Positions 62,217 to 64,000 of a DNA stretch of 64,000 bases are shown here, one piece after another (within the stretch, counting starts at the first letter, position 1; every line of letters starts with the position of its first letter). Both the position numbers and the translations under genes were made by a program. Origin of the DNA: Alphaproteobacteria bacterium (GTDB lineage Bacteria > Pseudomonadota > Alphaproteobacteria > UBA7887); contig CBDCGL010000011.1 of assembly GCA_965216755.1 (NCBI GenBank), positions 3,936,001 to 4,000,000 of the forward strand. The letters run 5' to 3'. The notes beneath the pieces are model-generated. The model was not told where the DNA came from and searched no databases. It saw only the letters and a program-made list of their open reading frames with translations.

Positions 62217-63557
62217 ATGGATCGATGGAGCGCGCCGTGGCTAACGTTGTTTGTCATGGTGCTGGGCGCCGCGGTCGGGTCGGCCGTCCCCGCCACGGCG
62301 GCAAGAGTGGCGAAAAAGCCCAACCCGGCGGAAAGCCTGCCCTGTGCCAATGTCGTTCAATGGTCAAATGCAGCGGCGATGCCCGGATATTCGGATGATA
62401 TTGGGGCCACAGGTCGGTTCGGGGTCGGGTTCGCCAATGGCCGATCGGATACCCTGGTGGTCGCGCTGGATGAGCCGGGGGTGGTCTCGCTCTCGTGGCG
62501 TGATGCCGGCGTGGCCGCGTTTGTCATGCCCGAAGGTGTCTTCACCTATGGCTTTTGCCGCTGTGCCGAATTCCGCGGTTTGGAACGCGACGATCGGATT
62601 ACCATCGCTGGCTTGGACCCGGGCCACGTGGCTCGCAGTCTTGGCATTGGCTATGTGCATTTGAGCGACGCATTGCCGGTTACGCATGCGCGCCAACAGG
62701 CTATCGGCAGGATCGAAGACTTGACCGGGGCGGGCGCGCGCGGGGTCGAGGTTGGCAGTTTGGCGCGCGATCACGCGGATGGCGCCGGTTGGGCCGTGGC
62801 AGCCCGCAATAGCGTCGCGGTCGTCGTCCACGGCAGCGCCTATGCACGCCGCAGAAACGGCGCCATCGTGCGCGCCGATGACCGCCGTGCGGTGATCGTT
62901 GGCGGTGGCACGATCGTTCGGGTTCGCGAGCGACTGGTTGTTGTGACGGCGGCGCACGTGGTGCCGCCGATGGATCGCCGGGGCGGCATCAGCGTCGTGA
63001 CCGTTGACGGACAAAACTATTCGATGCGACTGATCTTACATGGCGGCCGGCGTTATGACGTGGCCATCCTGACGTTTGGCGATCAGGACATTGAACATGA
63101 CGTGGCGGCGCGGTTTTCCGGCGTCACCTTGGCCCCATCGCAAGTTGCCGCGGGCGATTTCGGATTTCACATCGGATTCCCGAAAACCTGGCAGGATCCG
63201 GCCGCCGCAAGACGCGAGGGGCGCCGCCCGGCCTTTGCGACGGCCGCCGAGCCTGACGCCACAATGTCGCGAGATCTGTCGGCGCCCATGGTGTTGAATT
63301 CCGGTGTGGTTTCGGTATCGAGGCCGACCTTTGTCCATTTGTCGGCACGGATCGGCCATGGCGACTCGGGCGGCGGGTTATTTGTACTGGACGACAAAGG
63401 CAGCCCTCTTCTCGTTGGTCCGGCATCGACTGTTCGGATCCGCGAAGGCGACGGCAATCCGCCGCAATCGACGCCGCTCGGTCCGGTCATCGGCCGGTAT
63501 CTCGCGTTGCACGCGTTCGACGTGGGCAAGATTCTCATGCGCCAATCCACGCGTTGA
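62217..63557 (+). CDS. Exported trypsin-like serine protease
   Basis: Signal peptide; TAAHV, DVAIL, GDSGG triad motifs. Confidence 0.78.
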   Translation: MDRWSAPWLTLFVMVLGAAVGSAVPATAARVAKKPNPAESLPCANVVQWSNAAAMPGYSDDIGATGRFGVGFANGRSDTLVVALDEPGVVSLSWRDAGVAAFVMPEGVFTYGFCRCAEFRGLERDDRITIAGLDPGHVARSLGIGYVHLSDALPVTHARQQAIGRIEDLTGAGARGVEVGSLARDHADGAGWAVAARNSVAVVVHGSAYARRRNGAIVRADDRRAVIVGGGTIVRVRERLVVVTAAHVVPPMDRRGGISVVTVDGQNYSMRLILHGGRRYDVAILTFGDQDIEHDVAARFSGVTLAPSQVAAGDFGFHIGFPKTWQDPAAARREGRRPAFATAAEPDATMSRDLSAPMVLNSGVVSVSRPTFVHLSARIGHGDSGGGLFVLDDKGSPLLVGPASTVRIREGDGNPPQSTPLGPVIGRYLALHAFDVGKILMRQSTR

Positions 63558-63634
63558 CAAAGTGAAGGCAGGCCTATCCAGGTGACGACCCCGCGGCTCT
63601 ATTACAGATCAATTATTTTTCAAGGAGTTAGACA

Positions 63635-64000
63635 ATGATCGATAAAATCGGACGAAGCGTGACGGCGGTTCTTCTGCTGGCGATTGGCGGCGGATACGCA
63701 CCAAGCGTTTTCGCCCAAGATGAGCCAAGCCTGCCTCATGTTGCGCATACGGTCGCCGGTGGCGATGGCCTGGCGCTTGCGGTTCAGGAATGGGGCGACA
63801 AGACCGGTCCCGACATCTTGTTCATCCACGGCTTTTCCCAGAATCACATGTCGTGGGTCAATCAATTGGAAAGCGGCTTGGCTGATCGCTTTCACATGGT
63901 TTCCTTCGATATTCGTGGCCACGGCAATTCGGCAAAGCCGCTGGCGCCCGAGCATTATGGTGATAGTCGCTTGTGGGCAGATGACGTCAACGCCGTCATC
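63635..64000 (+). CDS. Alpha/beta hydrolase, 5' part (runs off the window; absent from the ORF track)
   Basis: AAGGAG RBS; MIDKIGRS..., ILFIHGFSQ, FDIRGHGNS.KP, WADD. Confidence 0.88.
   Translation, partial: MIDKIGRSVTAVLLLAIGGGYAPSVFAQDEPSLPHVAHTVAGGDGLALAVQEWGDKTGPDILFIHGFSQNHMSWVNQLESGLADRFHMVSFDIRGHGNSAKPLAPEHYGDSRLWADDVNAVI

Overview
GC-rich alphaproteobacterial chromosome segment (Rhodospirillales-like by gene order and rRNA features). 1-22.7 kb is housekeeping: argJ 3' end, GNAT-MutT fusion, comF, grxC, ubiG, lysC, ptsP, rodZ, ispG, prfA, prmC, clpB and a very long M23 peptidase. 22.9-29.7 kb is a complete rrn operon (16S, tRNA-Ile, tRNA-Ala, 23S, 5S, tRNA-fMet). Its 23S gene carries a ~526-nt intervening sequence in helix 45 that encodes a four-helix-bundle (23S-IVP/Avd-like) protein between inverted heptamer arrays. 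ORF-less arrays of the same heptamer family recur in the spacers and enclose the 5S gene; this is the best candidate for an undescribed element system. 29.7-43 kb is an accessory region downstream of tRNA-fMet: truncated IS3 (IS2/IS426-like), a VirD4/TraG fragment, a complete IS66, an orphan Rieske protein with both His ligands replaced (Arg, Cys), a decayed amidohydrolase, and a gtrB/gtrA/oxidoreductase cluster flanked by two GT-C-like genes. 43-64 kb holds metabolic genes: MBL hydrolases, SLC13 transporter, FAD monooxygenase, ettA, mlaC/mlaA, sahR-metF-metH, 5-oxoprolinase, a serine protease and a partial alpha/beta hydrolase. All calls come from reading motifs by eye; no searches were run.
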